From: Tubulanus polymorphus
Taxonomy: Eukaryota; Animalia; Nemertea
Assembly: GCF_964204645.1 (NCBI RefSeq)
Contig: NC_134025.1
Coordinates: 19,257,101 to 19,321,100, forward strand
Direction of reading: 5' to 3'
Length of the DNA stretch: 64,000 nucleotides
The notes beneath the pieces were generated by a model. That model saw nothing but the letters and a program-made list of their open reading frames with translations. It searched no databases and was not told the origin of the DNA. The first letter of the stretch is position 1, and each line of letters opens with the position of its first letter. A program made the translations under genes and the position numbers. Below are positions 11,768 through 23,738 of the stretch, in pieces.

Positions 11768-12375
11768 ATACTAGAATTACAAATTGTATCTTTAGTTGCT
11801 GTTTTTGTTGGGTCAATTAAATTGTAACAAATATAAAAATGCGTAAAAGGTATTATATTTGAATTACGGTCTACGTTTCCTGTAACAGTATCTGGTGCAA
11901 TTCCTAACAATTTAGCTAATGGTTTTTTTGCCATAAATGCATGTTGACTTTCATCATATACCTTTATTTTAATTTTTTCTCCATCTAATTGTACTGGTAA
12001 ATTATGAGATTTATAATTTGTAAGTCTTCTTGAATCAACAAATATTGTATATTCTTTTAATTCTGCCATTTATTTTACATATTTTTATATTATTCGAAAT
12101 CTATATCATGGTGCCCTTTTTCATTCTTACCTTTACAATAGAAATCACCAGAACATAATTCTTCTAAATCTTCACTAGATAATCTATGAAATCTATCTGG
12201 TAAATATGTTCTGAATTTATATTTATTTCCTTTTAATCCTTCATATTCTAAATGAGTAACTAATTTATTACCATATCTATTAGTAATTGTTTCAATATTT
12301 GTAATTAAATATTTCTTATGTAATGTTAATTCATTTATATGTTATTCATATATATGAATATGATTAGGAGTAATT
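11768..12375 (-). mobile_element. Internally deleted derivative of the Polinton/adintovirus at 23-38 kb
   Basis: Highly similar to 23652-23692 (left-end region), 27902-28033 and 28253-28470 of the main element. Confidence 0.88.
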
Positions 12376-12429
12376 GGGAATTGTTCAGTTTGGTGCGTAA
12401 TGCTAGCAACCTTAATCCAGTGAATATGG

Positions 12430-12780
12430 CACATCAGCGTACCAGATCCATTCAGAAGCTGGCAAAGGTAATTACTATCTTATTTGACATTCAAGCATTA
12501 TAGCTGATCTTATCCCTTGATTTCATGAAAATTATTATATATTCAGGCCCTCTCAGATGCTGATTCGATAAAGCTCGAAGGCGTTGATGTGATTGTCCAC
12601 CCGACTTCATTGACACTGATGTTCAGCAAAACCTCTCCCGCTTCAAATTGTACGACCGAGAAGCCGCTGGGCTGGATGAATTCTTCTCAGAATGATTACT
12701 GTCAACTATAAATTGTTGTTATAAGTCAAATGTTGTGCGCATAGTACTTATGTCTCATGGCCAAGCATATGCTATTCCGT
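12430..12780 (+). pseudogene. Degraded hAT-like transposase C-terminal fragment
   Basis: LDEFF and VLMSHGQA motifs lie in broken frames. Confidence 0.35.
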
Positions 12781-12783
12781 GCG

Positions 12784-13200
12784 AGTAATAGGGAAAGTGG
12801 GCTTTCAAATCAGAGTAAGAGAGTACGAGACACCACTCATCACCACAAGTAATTTTTTTTCCTTATAAATGGGAGATAGAAAAGCATTCTTAGCAACAAT
12901 AAATAACAGAATAAAACCAGCAAAAAACAATTTGAAATAAAAAAGTTAGTTGATGTTACAAAAGAAATTGAACATAAAATATTGAAATTAGAAAAGATAA
13001 AAACTAAATATGGAGAGAAAGTATCAGCGAATTTAAGCTACTGTAATGTTAGTACATCGCGAGAATTTAAAGTATTTTTACCTGATAAATGGGTTTCATT
13101 GAGTACAGAGGAATTAAAAGATTTAGAAGGATTTAAAATAATCTATCATGGAAAAAAAGAAGACGGTCATCATGATTTAGAAATTGTCGATTAAAATTAA
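12784..13200 (+). mobile_element. Remnant of a second, divergent Polinton/adintovirus family
   Basis: Starts AGTAATAGGG...GGGCTTTCA like 23264. A TATAAATG-initiated, frameshifted ORF (KKLVDV...TKYGEKV...FKVFLPDKW...GHHDLEI) is homologous to ORF 27797. Confidence 0.7.
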
Positions 13201-13937
13201 AAAATAAAAATAATGAATATCTAGAATCCAAATGACCTCAGTCGTTTTACGAACAACTACAATCATACCAGCCTAACATCTGTTACATGTTATTATAAGA
13301 GAGTGCTTCATTTGAATATTTATCGATCAAACAGGTGTTGCAATTCAACTTTGTTGTTATATTGGGTAGCTAGCAGTTATATTATAAGCACGCAGTACAT
13401 ACAACACACACAGGATACATTCGCTCTCGTGATTAGAAGGAATTCATTTTTCAAGGTAAGTTTTAGCAAAATTGCCCTATCCTCGACCTACAGAGTTTTC
13501 AGGGGATAAGCATCCCATCATTGAAAGGCACCACGGGACGCTCCAGTCATTTCTACTTACACCCCCGCGACCCACGTCAACCGGGATCTCCTTCAATGAT
13601 TGGCAGAAATTACATTATATTAAAGGCGCCTAATGTAATTTCTACCAATCTCGAAATTCGAAACCGAAGGAAAAACCCGGAGAGTGGACGAAGGTGCATT
13701 TTCAAAATGCCTCTGCTGGCCAGAGCTACTCCAGCGTTGGAATGAATTGCCTTATATACTTAGCTAAAACACCTAAGTAAATGTTGTTGGTGTTTACTAA
13801 AGAAATATATGAAATTTGAAATTATAAATTATTCCGAATGAAAAGAATATAGGAATGAAAACTGATAAATGAATTATGGATTTTTAACTTAATTATGATA
13901 TAATTTTTAATCAAATTAGTAATCAATTATCCATGTT

Positions 13938-15379
13938 AGGCGACAATTCATTATTTTGTTTTTGTCGCCCGAGACAATTCATTATTTTGGTTTTATCGCC
14001 CGCGACAATTCATAGTTTGGTTTTATCGCCCGCGACAATTCATTAGTTTGGTTTTGTCGCCCGCGACAATTCAATATTTTGGTTTTATCACCCGCGACAA
14101 TTCACAGTTTGGTTTTATCGCCCCCGACAATTCATTAGTTTGGTTTTGTCGTCTGTGACAATTCAATATTTTGGTTTTATCACCCGCGACAATTCATTAG
14201 TTTGGTTTTGTCGCCCGCGACAATTCTTTTTCAGTCCACTTGGGACTTTAGTCCCAGCGGGCTATTGCGTTCACTTTTCGTCCGTCCGTCCGTCCATAGA
14301 CAGTTATTTCGAGAAGTTTTGAAGACGCTTCAAGGTAATGTCTTGATATTTGGTTTATACATGTATCTACCCTAGACACATCGTCAGCCCAAAAACTGGC
14401 CCTGTCAGGTTCAAGATGGTCGACTGGCAGCCATTGTTGTTTGCCATAATCAGCACTTTTTAAACATTTTCGAAGTTTTCGTGGGAAATTTTGAAGACGC
14501 TTTGATCAATTACCTTGATCTTTCGTTTATATTTGAATCTACCAAAGGCCCATCAGCATAAGAAAATTGGGTCGATCTGACTCAAGATGGCCGTCCTATG
14601 ACCTTTTTAGTGCCCAAAAATGTAAATTTTGGCCAGAATTCTAGGTCCTGTAGCTTCCTACTGGTTTGCCATTTCTCATTGCAATTGCTGATGGGTATTC
14701 TTTAGAGAGGGATGTTTTATACCTGGGACGGGTATTTTTGATCAGCCAATTATGACGCAATTGGCGGCCATCTTGGTGTCATCAGTACTCATTCGTAGGT
14801 GGGAAAAAGTTTTTCCACATTAAATTGATACCTAAGCATATTGTGTTACTATATTCAATTGGAAAGTTGTAGCCCATAACGTGTTTCTATGATTTTGGTG
14901 AGTTTCAAGGTCATTGGTTTTAGTATGTGGCCATCAGGGGGCGTTGAATAATACAAAAACTTAGTATTGCTATATTATATTTGTACCAAGGCATATTTTG
15001 TTTCCATGATCGATTGCAAAGTTGCAGTTCATGACATCGTCTATGATTGTGGTGAGTTTTTAAGGACATTAGTTATTCCACATAGTCACCAGGGGGCGTT
15101 GAATAGTAGAATGGCTTAGTATTTCCTTATTAGATTGGTACCTAGGCATATTTTGTTACCATGATCCATTGCAAAGTTGTAGATCATGACATCGTCTATG
15201 ATTGTGGTGAGTTTTTAAGGACATTAGTTATTCCATATAGTCACCAGGGGGCGTTGAATAGTAGAATGGCTTAGTATGACAATTCAATATTTTGGTTTTA
15301 TCGCCCGCGACAATTCATTATTTTGGTTTTATCGCCCGCGACAATTCATTATTTTTGTTTTGTCGCCCGTGACAATTCA
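13938..15379. repeat. ~31-bp minisatellite (CGCGACAATTCATTAGTTTGGTTTTRTCGCC) split by a HINE insertion
   Basis: About 9 copies at 13938-14225 and about 3 at 15277-15379. Confidence 0.9.
14226..15276 (+). mobile_element. Helentron-associated non-autonomous element (HINE; CvA/pearl/DINE-like), 3'-truncated
   Basis: T-run start, subterminal CCACTTGGGA, (GTCC)n microsatellite at ~14280, and internal ~155-bp tandem units. An inverted homologous copy lies at 62.5-63.4 kb. Confidence 0.75.
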
Positions 15380-15383
15380 ATAG

Positions 15384-16130
15384 GTTTAACATTGAATAAA
15401 ACTATATTTTTAGATCTAAATATTTATAATACAAAAAGAAATAGAAAACCAAAAAGTAATACAATGTTTCCGAATAATTCAAAATTGTCAACAGAAAAGG
15501 ATATATAAGCATCATCTTATATTAGATTACCATCTACAACTTAACAAAAGCAGTAATAAATATTCGAAATGAAGATAATAAATGTTTTCTATGGTCAATT
15601 ATTAGTTGTTTACACCCAACTTAGGAAAATGTTCGTAGAATAACAGATGTCGGAAATATAAAACATAATATAAAATTGATCAATATCCAGTAACTATAAA
15701 AATAATTTCTAAAATAGAAAAAAGTTAATAATTTAAAGATAAATGTATTAAAATTGATACAATTACCAGAGACGATACAATTACCAAAGATGAAAGTATT
15801 AAAGATAATACATTAGAAGCTTTATATTCAACAGAAAAACATGATGATGATGATGATATACAATAGTATAATAAATCTATGTGGTTAAAACAAATAGATT
15901 TATTTTTCCAGAACAGAAAGTGATCACCATAATAAAATTCATTTATGAAAATGTTTATATTAATTTATGACAGAAAATGGATTATCAAAACATAAAGAAT
16001 TATGCGATAATAAAGATTTTTGTAAATTAATAATGCCAACAGAAAAAGCTAATAAATTGAAATTAACTAATTTGTTGATTTGTATTTAAAATCAGATGTT
16101 ATTTTATTGGCGGATATATTTGAAAAATTT
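15384..16130 (+). pseudogene. Degraded, divergent Polinton pPolB fragment
   Basis: Broken frames give ASSYIRLP, AVINIRNEDNKCFLWSIISCLHP, WLKQIDLFF and DLYLKSDVILLADIFEKF, all matching the 23739 pPolB. Confidence 0.85.
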
Positions 16131-17196
16131 TGCAATTCAAATGGGTATAGTGCTGATTTCAATGTCAAACACATGAAGTTAAATGGTCAAGGGCAGTCAA
16201 CATTAAGAACTCTCTTCGACTGATGTTGCACCATACCATAGAAGCTCTGATTCTTTCAACTCAAGCAAAGTGATTCAACACGATCGACATAACACTGGAA
16301 TAGGTTTGCAGTGACTAACAGTTCATTTCATGTACTTATTAGCCAATTTGGATTCGATTGTAATTGAAACTCTGGAATTGTAATCGAGAGACAAGTAAGA
16401 CAAGTGGAAAAGAACACAAAGTAATAAACATCGGCCCGAAACCTAATACGAAATTAAAATCCTAATACGTTCTTATCTGTAAATGTACTCAACCTATCGA
16501 CTAAGTAGATTCTTACGATGGTTTCATAATAAAACAGATCCATTTTTAAGCGTATGGTGATAATACAGTGTCATAAAGTTTGAATGTCAAAATAAATGCC
16601 TGGTCGAATCTATTCATATTCATTGATTGTATGTCCGCGTAAGTTCGGTTTCAAAGCTCAATCACATTAGAAGTTTACACAGTGGTTGCATATTAGGTTC
16701 GAATCTGTCAATGCATTTTATTCTATGTATCGATATTTAAATTTTCCACAATCCCCATCATCCTGAATGTCTTTGCAGAAAACTCGTTATCGCTGCTTTG
16801 CAGCTATATTCTTTATTTGTACAATGGTTATTCCACATCTAATAATAGTTTTACATTACCACGTATACTTATACTATTGTCTCAACTGTTAGGAACTGAA
16901 GAGGTTAACTATGGGTTTCGTAATCATGCTTGACTGTGTAACTAAATAAATAGGTCAGCTAACGGATTACTGGCTACTCTTGCCTTAAAACTGAAGAGGA
17001 ATTGTGTGTTACAAGGGCTAAGGAATATCATAATGTGGCGACGATCAAATTACGATGTGCAACGCGTGAATTGCACACAACGCAAGCTTGGTTATGTGTA
17101 CGCGACTTGACACGTAAATTTCCATGTTTATTAAATCACTTGCACTTCCTGAACGCAACCACCAACTAGTCGGATCACTTAACCCCAAATTTCAAA

Positions 17197-18981
17197 ATGT
17201 GGAATATCTCATATTTTGCGGTATGGGCCTGGGTCGTTTTCTCCTTCAAGGTACGTGGGCGCGTGGACATGATTTTTATCAGAAGTATCCGAAGGGTACG
17301 CCCATGAGCTTTGAACATTCATTCACGGAAAATCTAAATCGGTAATTGTGATTATTTTCAAATTTTAGTCTACATGTATCAAGACAGATGCGTCATGTGA
17401 TAATGATGGAACTAGTTTTGAAGTGCCGCGAGTGATAAGCTTTTCGACCTCAGAAAAATCAGAAGGCTTGCTTACATTATTGGCTTATATATCATCAAAT
17501 GAACATCTTCGAATATCTTGGACAAAATATCTCACATATGGAACTCAGTGGTCTGCAATGTATGTTGAAGGTATGTTGATTTACTTTAGAGATTCCTTTA
17601 CATTGACACTAGTAATGGTAAACAAATGTATATCTATGTCGATCGCCTACTTTCAGGGGATAGTAACCACCGTCCTCAGTGGAGAATTTTGGGAAATATT
17701 TACGAAGCTAAATTGCACATTCGCTACACTGAAGGATCCAACAAAGAACACTTAGTTTCTCAATATGAACTTGTTGTATCGATACCAGATCGTTGTTCAG
17801 ATGTTAAACTTTATGTTAGACCTCATAGCTTACTTCGACCAAAGGCAAAAATCGAACGATTTCCTAATCGAATCGCCGTGCCTACGTACATAAACGATAT
17901 CAAAGAAGGTGATAGATTCGAGCTCAAAACGATTCTTCTTGGAAATGCCGATGGATTTGCAAATGTAGAATTCAAACCCGTGCAGAAACTTCTTTCTCAA
18001 GGCTCCAAAACAATTATGTTAGGTAGATTTCCTGCAACTTCAGTAGAAGAAATTGAACCAAGAATTGATGTAAGATCTTCGGGAAATATGCAGAGAATTA
18101 CTTATCGCGTTGATTTCGAAAACATAACTGAAGGGAGTAGTGGTGTTTATGCAATGCGCATAGATGTCAAAGATTCTCAAGTATCTCAGTCACTGGTCGT
18201 ATTAACCGAACTAAGAACTGGTGAATTACCCATTTTAGATGTTGGTGTCACGTTCTGTAATTTAGGAGCGACTAAACGGTTGAGTGACCGAAGAATTGCT
18301 ATCAAAAAGGGTATCCCAAACTGCATTATGTGTGTAGCCTCTGGACAAAGAAGACCGTATCTTACAATACTGAAAGTCGTCCGAAAACCATACAACAGTG
18401 GACGTCCATTTTCAAGAGTTCGGGCACTGGGACAGTTGTACATGGCGTCGTCTTATATATTAAGACAAAGTAGCTTGTACAGCCCGTCGTTTGAAGATGC
18501 TGGCTATTACTACTGTTACGCGAGAGGTTACACGTCAAAACGCTATAAATTTGAGATTACCCTGTCAGACAATATCGAGCTCGATTCTAGGACAACCGAT
18601 GTAATAAATCTCAATGAACCAGAAACGGTAGGCCATTTTGAAAATCACATGATACTATGTATATGATACTGTCTACGATTTTAATATGAAAACTGATTAT
18701 TTCAGGTGGTATTCTCTTGTGCAGCATCTGGAGATCCAGTACCCGAAATACGTTACTACCGCAAAATACAGGACGAGTGGGTAAAACTTGAAAACGGTAC
18801 TAATTACGACAACGTCAATATAAGATTTTTGCGGTTTGGAAAAGGTATGTTTAAGAAGATTTTTAGCCGTCTGCGAATAGCGAAAGTAACGCCTGAAATA
18901 ACTGGTATCTACAAATGTGTCGCGTCAAATAAATACGAAACGAAAAGTAAACGAATTGAAGTGAAATTAAAGACTTTATGA
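17197..18981 (+). CDS. Secreted Ig-superfamily protein, ~500 aa, 4 exons (17197-17250, 17369-17570, 17657-18627, 18706-18981)
   Basis: All introns are GT-AG and phase-compatible, giving 1503 nt. Signal-peptide-like N-terminus MWNISYFAVWAWVVFSFK. I-set motifs CVASG..P/DAGYYYC and CAASGDPVPEI/TGIYKCVASN. No TM segment. Confidence 0.8.
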
Positions 18982-19775
18982 TTTACGCGTGTGCGCGTTG
19001 GCTACTGGAATACGCACATCAAGCGACTTTGAGGCAAAATGATCAAACTTGTCTCATTCAGTAAATAACATCAAAGCGTGAATTAGGATTGACATTATCA
19101 TATATCCTGGATAGATTGTGTTAAAAATAGTTTCAATGTGATGATAGTCCTGATGATTTAGTATTCATATAATTTATATTATACATGTATAGATTATATG
19201 TACAAGATGATTTGGCATCAACTATTTACACTAATTTCCATACGAATTAGATTATGATATATACATATAACTTTATTGCTTGTAGGGAATCGGTTGTAGA
19301 AATAAACGTGGCTTGTAAGTTATAACATACATACATACATACATATTGTGAGGTTTACCATGTTTTCACGACGATCGAAAATATACGGGTTAATTATTAG
19401 TAATCGTTGTACTTGTTTATTAAGTCGTGTCATAAAACCCGTGAATAGGTCCCGTGAAATGATATATTTACAAGGTCAAATCATATCTACTACTACTGAT
19501 TTGTTCAAATTATCACATCTATTGTGGCTTGCCTTGAAGTTTAGTTTAGTTTATTTTGCTCAACAAAAAGACATTTGTTTAGAGCAAAAGTAAAAAAATT
19601 ACAAATTTACAATTCATGTGTGAATACATACATAGACGGGCAAATTACGTTAACATACGTATGTAGACAAGATACTCTAAATTGAGTCTATTACCTTTTA
19701 CCCACTATTGGTACCGTTGAAGCGTGGCGATTGCTTAAGACAAAAGTGGGCTTGCCTTCTTTATAAAATAATTAG

Positions 19776-20342
19776 TCAGACTATTAGGGTTTTTCTATTA
19801 GAGCTATTAGAATTAAGAAGGGTGCACAACGTGTTAATAGTGGGGGATGAAATAAAATAGGTCCCTATATATTTTCGTCTTTTAAAATATGGACATACTA
19901 GTATAAAGTGCATATCATCCCCGATAACGTTTAGATTGCATTTATTACATACCCGTTGATCTCTTGATATATTTAAGTATCTTCCCGTTTCCACTGGTAA
20001 TTAAGTGTTACAGCCGCGGAAATTACACATTGTCTTAAGTAGATCCATTGGTAACCACTGTAGATAATTTTCAAATCCAAAATTTGGTTTGAGATATAAA
20101 TAAGTAGATGCTGCCCCTGAGGAACGCAGAGCTGCAAACCAATTTTGTACATAATGATCTTGCATTCTTTGTTTTAGGACAAAATTTGGGTTTTCAATTA
20201 TATGGTTGTACCAGTAATCCCCAAAGCAATTTGTGTTTAATAGGTTTTTAACTAAAGTGACCCATGGAATACGACAACCGTTTCCATGGTATCTATATAA
20301 AATGCGATAAATTTGTGAGGATAGTTTATTATCATTTACCAC
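19776..20342 (-). mobile_element. LINE (CR1/L2-like) ORF2 C-terminal fragment
   Basis: ETGRY...RVCNKCNLNVIGDDMHFILVCP is a C-terminal zinc motif; frameshifted. Confidence 0.8.
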
Positions 20343-23263
20343 TTAATTGGCGCGTGTGAATTCTTTTACTAAGTGTGTGAAATCGAATTCGCATTGTAGT
20401 TTTTCCAGCTACTCACGTGAAAATCAATTCACACGCGTAATTTCTCAAACTACTCGTGTGGAAATAAATTCACATCACAGTAAGTCCCATGTCTATCAAA
20501 TAGACGAGTTGCATATTACTTCCGCGAGTTTTATACATCAGCTTTTCACGTCAGAAGTCAATGTCTTTAGATGCAATGTCATCAGATCCATCACATGTAC
20601 CATTGTTCGTAGAAAAAACCATCGTCAATGTAACAATCCAAAAAGGTAAAATCCCCACTTCATGATTTGAAAGGAACTTTTGTAGCAAAATATTTTTCAG
20701 ATTCTCTGATCCATATATGACCATAATAGGGAATATTTCTCACATTCTATCTATCGATCTATAACCATTTCTTTAGAAAAATCAGTATAGAAAATGGATA
20801 GAATGTGAAAAATATTCTGCTTCAAAATCGTGAATTTGGGATTTGTACAATTTGAATAATCGAGGATCTTGCCTATTACTCACTGAGGGAATTGTTACCG
20901 CTAACCGTATAATGATATATGTTTTAAAATTAAACATATAATAATATGACAATTTTCCACAATGATTCAGTAATATGCAAAATGTACAGATATTTAATAG
21001 GAAATGGATGATAAATTTCCACCGTTCGGCGAATTTCCGCCTTTTCAATCAATTTTTATCATTTTTCAGATCGTTGCAAATCCGTTGAAAAAATGGGAGG
21101 GGGTGAGGATAATGGCATCTTAAGGATAGATTGGTATGACCATAAAAGCGTTTCCCGATCTATTTTTAATTGCGAACATTTTCGTTAGCGGAATGTGTGT
21201 ATACTAACGAAGTTTTTGCATATTACGATGACCAAACCGCCTGGTGTCTTCCAATACCACCACCTGATGGGCTCAATTCAAGTTCAAATAATTTCAAAGA
21301 CTCATAAACTAATAAAATCACAAAGACTTAATTGATACTTATTCAAATAACTTTATTATTACTTTACTTTATTGTCCCCAGTAATGCAAATACATCGGAT
21401 TTCCACAATTAAGTAGACAATACACAAGTATTCAGAAAACAACGTATCTTATTTTTCATTTATCAACTTTTTAATTACTTATTAGCAACGAGATATTTTT
21501 TTGCGACAGAACGGATCGTGCGCACGGCATTTCCTTTTCGGGAAAGGCTGATCTGCTCTTCCCAGAAAAATCAATTGCTGAATCGACGTCCCGCTAATTA
21601 TATACTATTTTTAGATCCCCTGATTACACAATTTAAAACTCAAAAATATAGATTTATATGAACCTTAGGTCTACTCTTGTAATTTACAAATTATCCGAAA
21701 GCACAGATCTTGCATTTGGGATATTCATTTTGCCGCCGGATATTGATTGACCGTAAATCTCTTTCGTACTCTTCTCTCGACTTATTTATTACGTAAATAC
21801 TAGCAGTAGCCAATTCGTTTCTTTTCATTCCGTTTTTTGCATTTTATCGCGGTGCTTCCGTCCAAAATAAACAACATGTTTCGTTCATTATTTTATACTT
21901 CTGATTTTTTAATCTTCATAATTTATTCATTCTTAATGACTTCTCCCTCCAATTGGAAGAGTTATATCATTAGAAGGCTTTTAATCTTAATCTGTAATGA
22001 CTTTAGAAAAACCACCTGTCGCAGTATATTTCCTTTTAGAAATATACCTTGTATCTATCTGTTGCCCAACCGTGTGTCTGTGGATATATGTATCTGCATT
22101 ATTGATTTTTTACCGAGTGTTGCTCATGCAGTGTTGAAAAACGGCTTTTGCGGCCCGTAACGTGACGCCGCCTACATTGTTTTCTTGTGCAAATGAAAAG
22201 ATGATGAGCATCTTGACTCGTCTTGGAACTAGCAGTGTGTTGACGGTAAAACATGGACGATGTTATTTGATTTTCTGAGTGAAATTTCAATGTAAAACAT
22301 GCTGAAAACGATCTGAAACGATGTGAAAAATCAAAATTTAGGGAGCGATCGAATTCGGGTTCACAACACCAGTATTCTAAAATTCTTATAAGATTTTAGC
22401 AAAACTGTCGGAAAATGGCCAAGGTATTACCTAGGATAAATGATCGCATTCTAAGGATATAACATTAACAAAGTAACGTTCATACTATTATCATGTACGT
22501 TCATACTATGTATCAGGTACTAGAACAAAGTTTTCCTATTGATACACCGGTCACAATTCTCTCTTTAATCGTTAATTATTAAATGTGTTGACCGGTTCCT
22601 GGCGGAGAACTTGTCCGTGCACAACCCAAATAATTTCCTAGAAATGCCGGAATTCTGACTGATGATAATAGTAAATGAATTTTATTTACCTAAAATCGCA
22701 ATGCCAGCCTAGCTCAAATTTTCCCCATCGCACACTCCTGCTGGTAACTTTCACAAATTTTCCGAAATTCCAAACCGGATGGCAGTTTCGAATCGAGTAA
22801 GCCTGAATCAAGTCCGCTCTCCCAAGACTGCGGACCCCTTTTGTAGAAAGAATCGGCATTCTTAAAATTCCGACTCTCCCACTCAACTTTTGGCAAGGAG
22901 CAGCAACCTAACTGTCATGACTGTTTTGGTCATGTAGAATTTAGCCTTAATGATTCGCTGATCTAAAATTATTTTGAAAACTGATTTGCTAAAATAACTT
23001 TTTCCTTCTAACCCTCCTGTCATGACGCGGAATGATTTACTCACTCCTTGCTTATCATCGTCGAGAGAACAGCTACTCTTTGCGAATTACCAACAGACGT
23101 ATACAACAACAGAAACTTTAGATAGCTAGTATTAACATTTTACACAAATTAATTTTCCTAAATCTTAAGCGATTATTAACATTTTGTTCATAAATAACAT
23201 CCAGATTACTCAAATTAAATATATTTTCAAAACCTGGTTTTCATCACAAATTACGGTACAAAT

Positions 23264-23658
23264 AGTAATAGGGGTAATGGGCTTTCATACCAAAGGTGGA
23301 ACGGTCGAGCTCATTAAAAAACAAAACATTAAAAGTAATTTAAAACTATAATATATTTTCATAACCGTGAGCATTTTATATTATAACTAAATATTTATTC
23401 TAAGATATCAATAATTTAAAAAGCATATTGTATTAAATCAATTGGTCGCTCCACTTCGCTACCGCTCCGCTCCCCGACCAATTGATTTATTTACAATACA
23501 CAAGTTCATATAATCAAATATATTCAAATAATAATAGTATTCAACTGAAATACACACGGTTATGAAAATATATTATAGTTTTAAATTACTTTTAATATTT
23601 GTTTTTAATGAACTCGACCATTCAACCTTTGATATGAAAGCCCATTACCCCTATTACT
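23264..23658. repeat. ~395-bp imperfect palindrome at the left end of the viral element
   Basis: AGTAATAGGGGTAATGGGCTTTCAT... pairs with ...ATGAAAGCCCATTACCCCTATTACT. The inner stem AAATCAATTGGTCG/CGACCAATTGATTT encloses a CGCT-rich loop. Confidence 0.9.
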
Positions 23659-23738
23659 CTTAAAATATTCATATATATGAATAAAATATAAATCATTGAA
23701 CTTCTAAAACCAATTTTAATAAAAATTTAAGTATTAAA

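Noticed and set aside
13938-14225. CRISPR-like 31-bp repeats
   Set aside because: Head-to-tail minisatellite without spacers.
20347-23260. Short ORFs of 60-107 aa
   Set aside because: No recognisable motifs or splice structure; probably degraded repeats or intergenic DNA.
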